From NCBI GenBank assembly GCA_964550635.1, contig CAZJZV010000001.1, positions 103,913 through 167,912 of the forward strand: 64,000 nucleotides of DNA, given 5' to 3'. Below, in pieces: positions 1 to 8,438 of the stretch. This DNA comes from an uncultured Bacteroidaceae bacterium. GTDB lineage: Bacteria > Bacillota > Clostridia > Christensenellales > CAG-917. Every line of letters begins with the position of its first letter. The first letter of the stretch is position 1. The notes below the pieces were generated by a model. That model was given only the letters and a program-made list of their open reading frames with translations, did no database searches and was not told the DNA's origin. A program made the translations under genes and the position numbers.

Positions 1-67
1 GCGCGCTTGCCAGTTGAAGCAAGCCTTTCGCTTTGTATCCGTCGTCGTTGGTGAGAAGAATTTTCAT
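1..67 (-). CDS. surE: 5'/3'-nucleotidase SurE, N-terminal 22 codons only (gene runs off the window start)
   Basis: The reverse complement of 1-67 reads MKILLTNDDGYKAKGLLQLASA, the conserved SurE N-terminus (LTNDDG). It has an ATGA start/stop overlap with the upstream rluB-like gene. It is truncated, so it is absent from the ORF track. Confidence 0.55.
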   Translation of the reverse strand, partial: MKILLTNDDGYKAKGLLQLASA

Positions 68-804
68 AGTTTTTGAAGATATGCGACTTCGACTTCGTTG
101 AGTTCTCTATGTCCGCCACGGGAAAGTCCGCCGAGACGAAGTTCACCGATTGCGACTCTTTTCAAGAAGATAACGTTCTTTTCGACCGCCTCGAACATAC
201 GTCTGATTTCGCGGTTTTTGCCTTCGAAAATGACGACTTCGAGACGAGTGAACGCTCTCTCGGTGCCGTCGGGATTTTTCACCCTTTCGACCGCGCTGAC
301 TTTGACTTTCGCGTGTCCGAAACGCACTCCGTCGACAACCACGCCTTTTCTCAATATAGCAAGGTCGCTTTCCACGATTTCGCCTTCGATTTTGACGACG
401 TAGGTTTTAGGAATTTCGGACGACGGATGAGTGAGTTTGTGTTGAAGCGCTCCGTCGTTTGTGAACAAAAGAAGACCTTCGCTGTCGTAGTCCAGTCTGC
501 CGACCGGCATCATTCTCTTTTCAACGAAGGATTTATCGAGATAATCGTATACGGTTTTTCTGCCCTTCTCGTCGCTCGTGGACGTGATACAACCCTTTGG
601 CTTGTTGAACATAACGTACTCGTAATGAGTGACGGGGACGATTTTTTTGCCGTCCACGAAAACTACGTCGTTGGATTCATCGACTTCGACGCCGAGGGAA
701 GTCACGACTTTGCGATTGATCGTAACTCTGCCTGCCGCTATGATTTCATCGGCTTTTCTTCTTGAGCATACACCGCATTCTGCAAGGTATTTGTTTAGAC
801 GCAT
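64..804 (-). CDS. rluB: RluB/RsuA-family rRNA pseudouridine synthase
   Basis: Contains the S4 domain MRLNKYLAECGVCSRRKADE and the catalytic motif GRLDYDSEGLLLFTNDG. I moved the start from 897 to the ATG at 804 (MRLNKYL). Synteny with dacB and scpAB matches B. subtilis. Confidence 0.85.
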   Translation of the reverse strand: MRLNKYLAECGVCSRRKADEIIAAGRVTINRKVVTSLGVEVDESNDVVFVDGKKIVPVTHYEYVMFNKPKGCITSTSDEKGRKTVYDYLDKSFVEKRMMPVGRLDYDSEGLLLFTNDGALQHKLTHPSSEIPKTYVVKIEGEIVESDLAILRKGVVVDGVRFGHAKVKVSAVERVKNPDGTERAFTRLEVVIFEGKNREIRRMFEAVEKNVIFLKRVAIGELRLGGLSRGGHRELNEVEVAYLQKL

Positions 805-899
805 AAATGCTACCACCTTAATTAGTGATAGCATTATACTATTTTTTTTGTGAACGCGCAAGTGTTTAGGCGCATATGCGCCCGACCGCCTACGCACGA

Positions 900-1919
900 C
901 TAATATATCGGCGTGATTTTTTCGCTACCGTCTCGTTTCAGCGGATAGCGAGCGGGTGAAAACTCACCGTTATTGTCAAAACCGAGTTTGACGGTTATTT
1001 CGCTATCGGCACACACGTTTGCAATACCCTTTTCGACGTCCGTCATCTCGTATTCGTCAAAACAAGCGTTCAATATATCCGCACTGTCCGCCCACATATC
1101 AGGGCAATTCAGGACGACGGATATGAGCGTCATACCGTTTCTCGTTGCGCTCGACACAAGACAACGACCGCTTGCTTTCGTATACCCTGTTTTCACGCCG
1201 TTTGCGCCGTCGAATGCGGACAACATTTTGTTTTTGTTGGCGATAATACGAGTGCTTTCACCGCTACCGATCTTCGCACGTTTTGCGGAAACTATCCGCC
1301 TGAAATTCTCGTTTTCCATTCCTTTTGCGGTGATCAAAGCAAGGTCTAATGCAGTCGTGTAATGCTCGTCGTCGTGAAGTCCGTGCGGATTGACAAAGTG
1401 TGAGTTTGTCGCTCCGCATTCCACCGCTTTCGCATTCATTTTCTCGGCAAACGCGCTAAGCGTCGGAGATACCGCAAGCGCAAGTGCAACCGCAGAATCG
1501 TTTCCGCTCCGTAGCATCATTCCGTAAAGCAAGTCTTCTACCGTCAACCTTTCCCCTTCTTTCAGGTAAATCGAACTGCCTTCGATACCTACCGCGCGCC
1601 TGTCGATAGTTATCGGCATTTCTAGGGGAAGATTGTCAAGGACGACCATAGCGGTCAAAATTTTCGTCGTGCTTGCGGGATAGAGTTTTACGTTTTCCCC
1701 GCTTGCGTATAGCACCCTTCTCGACGACTGCTCGACGACGATTTTCCCGCTATTTATCGAACGAGCGAAACATACCGCACTTTCCTTTTCCGAAAAAACC
1801 GCAGGTTTTTCAACTTGGTAGGATAATCCGTCCGCACAAACCGCAATAACCGCCACGACGGACAGGAAAAACAACGTTAGAAAACAAAGCGCAAATATCT
1901 TTCCGATTTTATTCGTCAT
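900..1919 (-). CDS. dacB: Serine-type D-alanyl-D-alanine carboxypeptidase (DacB-like, PBP5 family)
   Basis: Motifs are SxxK (ASTTKIL), SxN (RSGNDS) and KTG (VKTGYT). There is an N-terminal signal/TM segment. I chose the start at M14 (1919, MTNKIGKIF). Neighbourhood is scpA-scpB...dacB-rluB as in Bacillus. Confidence 0.8.
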   Translation of the reverse strand: MTNKIGKIFALCFLTLFFLSVVAVIAVCADGLSYQVEKPAVFSEKESAVCFARSINSGKIVVEQSSRRVLYASGENVKLYPASTTKILTAMVVLDNLPLEMPITIDRRAVGIEGSSIYLKEGERLTVEDLLYGMMLRSGNDSAVALALAVSPTLSAFAEKMNAKAVECGATNSHFVNPHGLHDDEHYTTALDLALITAKGMENENFRRIVSAKRAKIGSGESTRIIANKNKMLSAFDGANGVKTGYTKASGRCLVSSATRNGMTLISVVLNCPDMWADSADILNACFDEYEMTDVEKGIANVCADSEITVKLGFDNNGEFSPARYPLKRDGSEKITPIY

Positions 1920-2262
1920 CGGCGTCACCTTTGAGAGTTTGAATTGCGGTGCGAGCAAATTCAGTCCACTTGCTTTCGGTTGTTTTTTCGACGGAGATAA
2001 ACTTTTTCTCTTTCCCCGACACGAAAAATCCGATAGGAGTAACAGTCATACCCGCTCCGCTCACGCTTGCATTGATTTCACCGCTTTTGAGTTTGGAGTT
2101 ATCCCCAGTCCCACCGCCTACGACAAAGCCGTAAGACAGTTTGACTACAGGCAAAATCACGCTACCGTCAGCAGAAATCACAGGTTCTCCGAGAATTTCT
2201 TCGTCGTCGTAGACGGACTTCAAATTGTCGATTGTTTTTGAAATAATATCGTTAATATCCAT
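1909..2262 (-). CDS. ytfJ: Sporulation protein YtfJ (GerW family)
   Basis: 117 aa. The pattern ILGEPVISADGSVILPVVKLSYGFVVGGGTG...GAGMTVTPIGFFV is typical of YtfJ/GerW. Confidence 0.8.
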   Translation of the reverse strand: MDINDIISKTIDNLKSVYDDEEILGEPVISADGSVILPVVKLSYGFVVGGGTGDNSKLKSGEINASVSGAGMTVTPIGFFVSGKEKKFISVEKTTESKWTEFARTAIQTLKGDADDE

Positions 2263-2278
2263 ATTCCCTCCGTTTATA

Positions 2279-2809
2279 TCAAGCCAAACGCATTGCTTGA
2301 AAAAGTGAAATGCGCGCGTTGACGGTCATCTCGAAATCTCCCCTTTCGCTCTTGAAATCGGGATACAAAAAGGATGAAACGGCGGTCGGAAACAAAGCAC
2401 ATATAAAGGCGGACAACACACCGCAATTCATCGCGCTATCCTGCGCGTTTTCACCGCCGATGAAACCAAGACAACTCACTTCTTTGATAATTCCGTTGAC
2501 GGACAAAAAACCGAGAATTTTCGGTAGGTTTATTCTCATTCTTCCCATATCGTCAACTCTCATCGTTTTGCCGTTTTTCGATATTCTAAACACTCCGTTT
2601 TCTTCTTCAACCTTGATTTTCACTGCGGTCAAAGAAAAGATTTCCACCCCAATCAACACGAGTTTTCTCTCAATCGAAAACCGAGTTTTCACTTTCACCG
2701 GCATAGGCACAAGGCATATCAAAATCAAGACTTCAACGCATAGTAACACGTATATTGCAATCATACTTTTAGTTTGTTTCAAGGTGTAATTTTCATTCGC
2801 AAAACGCAA
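2279..2809 (-). CDS. Membrane protein, YtfI-like (DUF2953-type) by position
   Basis: 176-aa ORF with an N-terminal TM segment, immediately upstream of ytfJ as ytfI is in Bacillus. Family assignment rests on position and size only. The start codon is uncertain because I see no SD. Confidence 0.45.
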   Translation of the reverse strand: MRFANENYTLKQTKSMIAIYVLLCVEVLILICLVPMPVKVKTRFSIERKLVLIGVEIFSLTAVKIKVEEENGVFRISKNGKTMRVDDMGRMRINLPKILGFLSVNGIIKEVSCLGFIGGENAQDSAMNCGVLSAFICALFPTAVSSFLYPDFKSERGDFEMTVNARISLFQAMRLA

Positions 2810-2966
2810 TTTTTCTCGTCAAAAACAAAACGCATTGTTCGTGGTAAACAAACTGAACTCACCGCTCGTGAAAAACACAACGTTGCAAAAATCAAAACTA
2901 TGCTTTACTAAAAAAACTATTTGTTATAAAAATTAAAAATTATGTGTTGCACGCATGTTTTCGCAA

Positions 2967-2991
2967 CAAAAAAGCCACTCAAACGAGTGGC
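2967..2991 (-). terminator. Intrinsic terminator after scpB
   Basis: The minus strand reads GCCACTC-GTTT-GAGTGGC followed by TTTTTTG. It lies about 165 nt downstream of the scpB stop. Confidence 0.6.
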
Positions 2992-3157
2992 AATGTTGTT
3001 TTCTATTGTCTGTTTACTGTTTTATTGCTTGTTTATTGGCAATTTACTATTTGTTTATTGCTTGGTTTCTATCTGTTTGCCGTTTGTTTTTCGGCGGGTT
3101 TAGGAGGTTTCACGCGCTTTGAAACGCTCAAAACAAATGTGATTTTCGATATTCTCG

Positions 3158-3841
3158 TCAGTCGATGACCGAAACGTCCTCTTCTCCTTCAAGGAAGTCG
3201 GGGATTTCATCTTCCATATCTTCTTCATCCGCGGCGACAAGTTCCGCGTTTTCGTCCGTACCGTCCCCAAGGAGCGTCCTGTTTCCGAACAAACTGTCTT
3301 CAGGTGGTGCGTAGATGACTTGAATTTTTTCCATGACTTCCACAAGGTCGGGAAGTTCTTCAAGAGAAGAAATCTCGAATTTCTTGAGAAATTCGTCCGT
3401 TGTGCCGTACAAAATGGGTTTGCCGACGGTGTCTTTTCTGCCGACCGCCTCAATCAGTCCCGCTTTCAAAAGACCGCTGATTGCGTACTCGGAGTTGGTG
3501 TTTCCGCGCATTTCTTCGATTTCGAGTTTGGTTATGGGTTGTTTGTAGGCAATTGTCGAAAGTACTTCGAGAAGTGTTTTGCTGAGTGCCTTTTCTTTGA
3601 GCGGAGTGAGAATTTCCGCGACCGTTTCACCGTAGCGCGGATTGGAAGTGAATTGCAATTTTCCGTTGAATTCCATAAGGATAATACCGCTATCTTCAGA
3701 GTAGCGTTTTTGCAATTCTTTTACGATTTTGTTGAGGGATGCGGTCGTCAATTCGGGGATTTTGTCGCACAAGTCCTTTTTTTCAATGGGATTACCACTC
3801 GAAAAGATAATCGCTTCAACTACGTTAGTTATATTCTCCAT
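3158..3841 (-). CDS. scpB: Segregation and condensation protein B
   Basis: N-terminus VEAIIFSSGNPIEKKDL and two winged-helix regions. Overlaps scpA. Carries an acidic C-terminal tail. Confidence 0.9.
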   Translation of the reverse strand: MENITNVVEAIIFSSGNPIEKKDLCDKIPELTTASLNKIVKELQKRYSEDSGIILMEFNGKLQFTSNPRYGETVAEILTPLKEKALSKTLLEVLSTIAYKQPITKLEIEEMRGNTNSEYAISGLLKAGLIEAVGRKDTVGKPILYGTTDEFLKKFEISSLEELPDLVEVMEKIQVIYAPPEDSLFGNRTLLGDGTDENAELVAADEEDMEDEIPDFLEGEEDVSVID

Positions 3842-4793
3842 CTGCCGTGCCCTCCGCCGACAACGCTTCTTCGTTGCCTTCTACGTTATAAAGCATAATT
3901 TTGCCGAAAATTTCTTCTTGTTCCGCCCTGATTTGACCGTATTTCATGAGTTCGAGCACCGCAAGGAAGGTGATGACGATATCCCCTTTGTCGAAGTCGG
4001 GTTCAAACAAAAACTCGAAATCGAACGTGCCGTGATATGCGATGAGTTCCTTGATATGCACCATTTGTTCATGAACGGAAAACCTATCTTTGACGACCTT
4101 TTTGGGAATTGCTTCCTTGATTGCTCTCTCAGAATTCGCGAGCACTCTTGCAAACGCTTCCACGAGTTTTGCAAGTGAAAAGTCGGTCAAACAAACGCGA
4201 TAATCCTTTTCGGTATATACGGGTTCGCGTTCAAAGCGGTTTATTGTTTCCATTTCGCGAAGTTTCTCGGACTCTTCCTTGAAGATTGCGTAGAGTTTCA
4301 ACTTGCGAATGAATTCTTCTCTTTCGACGTCTTCGTCTTCGGGATCTTCGTCCTTTTCTTCAAATAGCGAATTTGTGTGTTTTGATTTGAGATAGACGAG
4401 TTCCGCCGCGAGCGTGATAAACTCCCCTGCGTATTCGTAGTCAAGTTCTTCACGCGGTGTGTTTTTGATGATTTCGACGTATTGATGAGTGACTTCACTG
4501 ACAAATATATCTTCAATTCTGATTTTCGCACGCGAGATAAGTTCAAGCAAAAGATCGAGCGGTCCGTCAAAATCGCTCAAATGATAGACGTACTTGCTCT
4601 GTATGCCAAAAACCTTGTCGGCATCGTCAAGTTCGGCTTCTTCGATAGTAGACGGAGAGTTATTTTCACTTTCTGCATGCTCCGCGTCGGACTGTGAATT
4701 ATCTTCAACAACCGCAGTTGCGACAGACTGTGAGTTTTCTTCGCTCTCCGCCTGCTCTTCGCTATTCAACTGTATCTTTTCTTCATCTATCAT
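3825..4793 (-). CDS. scpA: Segregation and condensation protein A (kleisin), with ~70-aa acidic N-terminal extension
   Basis: Core motif FDGPLDLLLELISRAKIRIEDI. ATGA overlap with lysA. Confidence 0.9.
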   Translation of the reverse strand: MIDEEKIQLNSEEQAESEENSQSVATAVVEDNSQSDAEHAESENNSPSTIEEAELDDADKVFGIQSKYVYHLSDFDGPLDLLLELISRAKIRIEDIFVSEVTHQYVEIIKNTPREELDYEYAGEFITLAAELVYLKSKHTNSLFEEKDEDPEDEDVEREEFIRKLKLYAIFKEESEKLREMETINRFEREPVYTEKDYRVCLTDFSLAKLVEAFARVLANSERAIKEAIPKKVVKDRFSVHEQMVHIKELIAYHGTFDFEFLFEPDFDKGDIVITFLAVLELMKYGQIRAEQEEIFGKIMLYNVEGNEEALSAEGTADGEYN

Positions 4794-6097
4794 ACGAAAT
4801 CCGGAACGACGTTATTTCTGATCACGTCGTCGTAGGTTTGTGGTTTCACGATATAGTCCGCCTTGTCCCCCATAACAAGCACGACGGGAGGCACTGCGTT
4901 GAGATTGTAATTGGACGCCATCGAATAGTTGTATGCGCCCGTCGTAAAGACTGCGACGATATCCCCGACTTCCGCCTTTTGCAAAGGCACGTTTTCGGAG
5001 ATTATGTCACCGCTTTCGCAACACTTACCCGCGATGACGACTTTGTCGTCAAAAGGCGCGCCCGCCTTGTTTGCGACGATTGCGGAATACTCCGAGCCGT
5101 AAAGTGCGTGGCGGGGACTATCAAACATACCGCCGTCGACCGCAACGTACTTTTTGACCCCCGGGAAATCCTTGATTGCACTGACGGTGTAAAGCGTGAT
5201 ACCGCTTTCCCCGACGATACTTCTGCCCGGCTCGACGATAAGGAAAGGTTTTGAAAGCCCTTTCTTTTCGAGTACGGAAGCAAGATTGAGTGCGATATTC
5301 TTGACGATATAGCCATATCTTCTTGCCGTGAAAGCGGGGTCCGACTCAACGTAATGCACACCGTAGCCACCGCCAAGGTCGAGAGTTTCGATTTCGGTGC
5401 CTTCGCCTTTCAATTCAAGCATAAAGTCGGTGACTTTTTCAATGCATTCGTCGTATGCGGAATGGTCGAAAATTTGCGAGCCAACGTGTACGTGCAAGCC
5501 TTTGAATGAAATATTTTTGCGAGAGATTATATCTTTGATATAATAAACTGCGTCTTTCGTTATATCGAATCCGAATTTGGAATTGGGAGCGGACGTTTGC
5601 ACCGCTTCGTACGTATGCGCGCTCACAAGGGGATTTATTCTCACGATGACTTCTTGTTTCACCCCGAGTTCCCCTGCGATTTTGTCGATATTGTCGATTT
5701 CGGGAATGCTATCAACCGCAAAATATCCTATCCCCGCTCTCACCCCTTCTTCGATCTCTTTCGGGGTTTTCGCGTTGCCGTGAGCGATGATATGCTTGGG
5801 ATTCACTCCCGCCTTCAAAAGAAGATACAACTCTCCGCCCGACACGCAGTCAAACCACAAGCCGTGAGAAGATAGCATCTTCGTAGTCGCGATAGACGCA
5901 AACGCTTTGGATGCGTAAGCGACCGCGCCGTCACCATATGCGGACAGTCCTGCGACCATTTCATCCGCTACGGACAACATATATTCTCCGTCCATAACGT
6001 ATAGCGGAGTGCCGAACTTTTTTGCAAGGTCGGTTGCTTTCAATTTTCCGACGAACAAGTCGCCTTTTTCGATATAAAGTGTTTCGCGCAAATTCAT
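4790..6097 (-). CDS. lysA: Diaminopimelate decarboxylase
   Basis: 435 aa with a fold-III PLP decarboxylase pattern (YASKAF, HVHVGSQ, GGGYGV, CESGD). Confidence 0.92.
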   Translation of the reverse strand: MNLRETLYIEKGDLFVGKLKATDLAKKFGTPLYVMDGEYMLSVADEMVAGLSAYGDGAVAYASKAFASIATTKMLSSHGLWFDCVSGGELYLLLKAGVNPKHIIAHGNAKTPKEIEEGVRAGIGYFAVDSIPEIDNIDKIAGELGVKQEVIVRINPLVSAHTYEAVQTSAPNSKFGFDITKDAVYYIKDIISRKNISFKGLHVHVGSQIFDHSAYDECIEKVTDFMLELKGEGTEIETLDLGGGYGVHYVESDPAFTARRYGYIVKNIALNLASVLEKKGLSKPFLIVEPGRSIVGESGITLYTVSAIKDFPGVKKYVAVDGGMFDSPRHALYGSEYSAIVANKAGAPFDDKVVIAGKCCESGDIISENVPLQKAEVGDIVAVFTTGAYNYSMASNYNLNAVPPVVLVMGDKADYIVKPQTYDDVIRNNVVPDFV

Positions 6098-6162
6098 AGT
6101 GAAAACATTTTATCACACACGCGCAAAATAATCAAATAGTAAATTTTAATATGTAAAATTAT

Positions 6163-6195
6163 GTGAAAACCGCAGTCGATAGATTTCGACTGCGG
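6163..6195 (-). terminator. Intrinsic terminator after the dacF-like gene
   Basis: The 9-bp stem CCGCAGTCG / CGACTGCGG (6170-6178 and 6187-6195) is followed on the minus strand by TTTTCAC. Confidence 0.6.
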
Positions 6196-6201
6196 CCGTC
6201 T

Positions 6202-7389
6202 TCACCACTTTTCGGTTATTTGTTTGATAATATCAAAGATATTCGCTCTTGCCACGTCCCCCGCCGATACGACGTCATAGGTCGCGACGATTTCACCGTT
6301 TCTCGTCAGATACGCTTTGCCGACTATATCCCCCAGTTTCACGGGTGCTTTGACACTGTCTTTCAAGTCGTAGCGCACTTCGTAGTCGTCTTGATTACCC
6401 TTTTTCACGAGAGCACAGATATTCTCATTCGTCTTCACCGCCACGGATTTATCCTTTCCGCCCGCGACTTTGACGGATATATCGAGATTATCCTTTGACA
6501 CCAACGTTCGATTTTCGAAGTTTGCGAATGAATAGTCGAACATTTTCGACACCGATGCAAATCTCTCTTTCGAGCCGTCCGCACCTATGACGACCGCTAT
6601 CGTACGCAGTCCGTTTCTCTCTGCCGTTGCGGACAAGCAGAATTTTGCCTCGGACGTAAACCCTGTCTTTCCACCGTCGCAACCGCGATAGTTGCGGATG
6701 AGTTTATTGGTGTTCGTCATCACGGTCGTTCTGCCGTCGGGGTGCGCGAAATCTTCAAGCCAAATCCCTGCAAAATCAAAGTATTTTTCATGGGATATGA
6801 GTTTTGAAAACATAGTCGCAACGTCCTTTGCGGAAGAATATCCGTTAGGTGCGGGAAGCCCCGTACAGTTAACGAAATTCGTATTATCCATGCCGAGTTC
6901 TCTCGCCCTTTCGTTCATAGCGGAAACGAAACCTTCAACGCTACCGCCTATACGCTCGGCAAGCGCAACGCAACTATCGTTTGCAGATGCGACTATAACG
7001 GATTTCAAGAGTTCTTCAACCTTGTATTCCTTGCCCGCGTCGAGAAAAACCTGACTACCGCCCATGCTCTCCGCGTAGTCGCTGACGAGAATCATATCAG
7101 AGTAATCGAGTTCGCCCCTATCAATCGCTTCAAAAGTCAGTAGCGACGTCATAATTTTCACCATACTTGCGATAGGAAAACGTTCGTTTTCATTCTTCGC
7201 GAACATAACCGACGACAAATTCGAGTCGGTTAGATACGCAGATTTTGCATTTATAGCGATTTCGTCCGCAAATGCGACCGCGCTTTTATTCGTCGCTACT
7301 CCGACAGTCGAAAGCGCAAGCGTAACAACCGCCAAAAGCGCAACCAAAATCCCGAAAAGTCGAGTGTTTATCTTGTTGTCAAATGCCAT
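6202..7389 (-). CDS. D-alanyl-D-alanine carboxypeptidase with PBP5 C-terminal domain (DacF/DacA-like)
   Basis: Motifs are SxxK (ASMVKIMT), SxN (ASANDS) and KTG (GKTGFT), plus a signal/TM N-terminus. At 395 aa it is the same size class as B. subtilis DacF. Confidence 0.85.
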   Translation of the reverse strand: MAFDNKINTRLFGILVALLAVVTLALSTVGVATNKSAVAFADEIAINAKSAYLTDSNLSSVMFAKNENERFPIASMVKIMTSLLTFEAIDRGELDYSDMILVSDYAESMGGSQVFLDAGKEYKVEELLKSVIVASANDSCVALAERIGGSVEGFVSAMNERARELGMDNTNFVNCTGLPAPNGYSSAKDVATMFSKLISHEKYFDFAGIWLEDFAHPDGRTTVMTNTNKLIRNYRGCDGGKTGFTSEAKFCLSATAERNGLRTIAVVIGADGSKERFASVSKMFDYSFANFENRTLVSKDNLDISVKVAGGKDKSVAVKTNENICALVKKGNQDDYEVRYDLKDSVKAPVKLGDIVGKAYLTRNGEIVATYDVVSAGDVARANIFDIIKQITEKW

Positions 7390-7431
7390 ATTTCACCTCG
7401 ATAGTAGCGTGTGTCGTCAAGGCGGAATTAT

Positions 7432-7773
7432 TCATCTATACTGCAACCTTTCAATAGCAGTCAACAAAAATTGCTTGTTTGTGGGTTTCCCCTTATCTTC
7501 GTCGAGAGTTTCCCCGAATTCATCGTAGAGTGCGTCCACGTTCCCGCGTAGCCAAGCGGACGATATTGCGTTTTGTATGTCCTTTTCCACGCTTGCAACG
7601 CTCACTCCGTACTTTTTCGAGAGCGCGACGTATCCCCTATATTTCAACGGCATAACCGCCACTCCGCTCTTTGCCTGCAATATCAAATCGGCGATGAGAT
7701 AGTAGCCTTTCAAATTGGGTTGAAAGCCAAGGGACAGTAGGTATTTTTTCACGTTAAATTCGTCGGATTCCAT
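7432..7773 (-). CDS. Stand-alone Spo0A C-terminal (DNA-binding) domain protein, no receiver domain
   Basis: KGYYLIADLI...ASVEKDIQNAISSAWLRGNVDALYDEFG...KGKPTNKQFLLTAIERL aligns by eye with B. subtilis Spo0A (KGYLYLREAI...[29 protein letters not shown]...KAKPTNSEFIAMVADKL). I chose the ATG at 7773 (MESDEF). The ORF track starts at the GTG at 7779. Confidence 0.75.
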   Translation of the reverse strand: MESDEFNVKKYLLSLGFQPNLKGYYLIADLILQAKSGVAVMPLKYRGYVALSKKYGVSVASVEKDIQNAISSAWLRGNVDALYDEFGETLDEDKGKPTNKQFLLTAIERLQYR

Positions 7774-7779
7774 ACGCAC

Positions 7780-7788
7780 ATAATACCA
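7780..7788 (-). promoter_or_regulatory. Extended -10 (TGgTATTAT) 6 nt upstream of the Spo0A_C start codon
   Basis: The minus strand reads TGGTATTAT-gtgcgt-ATG with no SD. This predicts a leaderless or near-leaderless transcript. Confidence 0.4.
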
Positions 7789-7853
7789 AACGCAAGCACG
7801 AGTTAAACCGCCTATTTTGTCATAATTTCAGTCATTTTGATATATCTTTTTAT

Positions 7854-8438
7854 ATGAATACAAAAATCAAAAATCTGCAATATATGCTCGGTGATTTCGT
7901 ATCGTCAAACAAAAAAACGATAATATGTTGCCTATCCCTTTTTCTCGTCGGGTTAGTGGTCGGAATCGTCTACACGGTGAGCGCAAACGGCGGTGAATTT
8001 GAAAAGATTTCTCGGAGCGATATGGACTTTGGCGCGGTGAAAGTTTTCTTCTATTCGTCGTTGCTTGTTGCAATAGGTTATTTTGCAGTTGCGATTGCCT
8101 CCGTCGTGCGCGGACTAAACTTTATAGCGGCACTTCCCTTTCCGATTTTAGGTTTCATTTTCGGCGACTACACGACTATGCTCATAGGCAGTTACGGCGG
8201 AATGGGAATATGCAATTTGCTTTTTGTCTATATGCCCTTCTTTTTGCTCACTTTCGGCATTCTAACCGCTTCTTCTTGCGTTGCGCTGCGGCTATCCGAC
8301 GTCTGCGAATGCAGAAAAGGAGCGCTATTGCGCCCCTCCGTGTCCGCCGTACTCAAAGGTTACGGAATAAATATCGTCGTCAATTTCGTCATCTTCTTGA
8401 TAATCGGCGGAATTGTCAAAGTCATTGTCGTGAGTTAA
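7854..8438 (+). CDS. Polytopic membrane protein (possibly SpoIIM-like)
   Basis: 194 aa with roughly 5 hydrophobic segments. Size and topology resemble SpoIIM, but I recognise no diagnostic motif. Confidence 0.4.
   Translation: MNTKIKNLQYMLGDFVSSNKKTIICCLSLFLVGLVVGIVYTVSANGGEFEKISRSDMDFGAVKVFFYSSLLVAIGYFAVAIASVVRGLNFIAALPFPILGFIFGDYTTMLIGSYGGMGICNLLFVYMPFFLLTFGILTASSCVALRLSDVCECRKGALLRPSVSAVLKGYGINIVVNFVIFLIIGGIVKVIVVS

Noticed and set aside
2944-3168. A 74-aa very hydrophobic plus-strand ORF downstream of scpB.
   Set aside because: It is an artefact of translating the T/G-rich complement of the A/C-rich scpB 3' tail. It has no SD and spans the scpB terminator.
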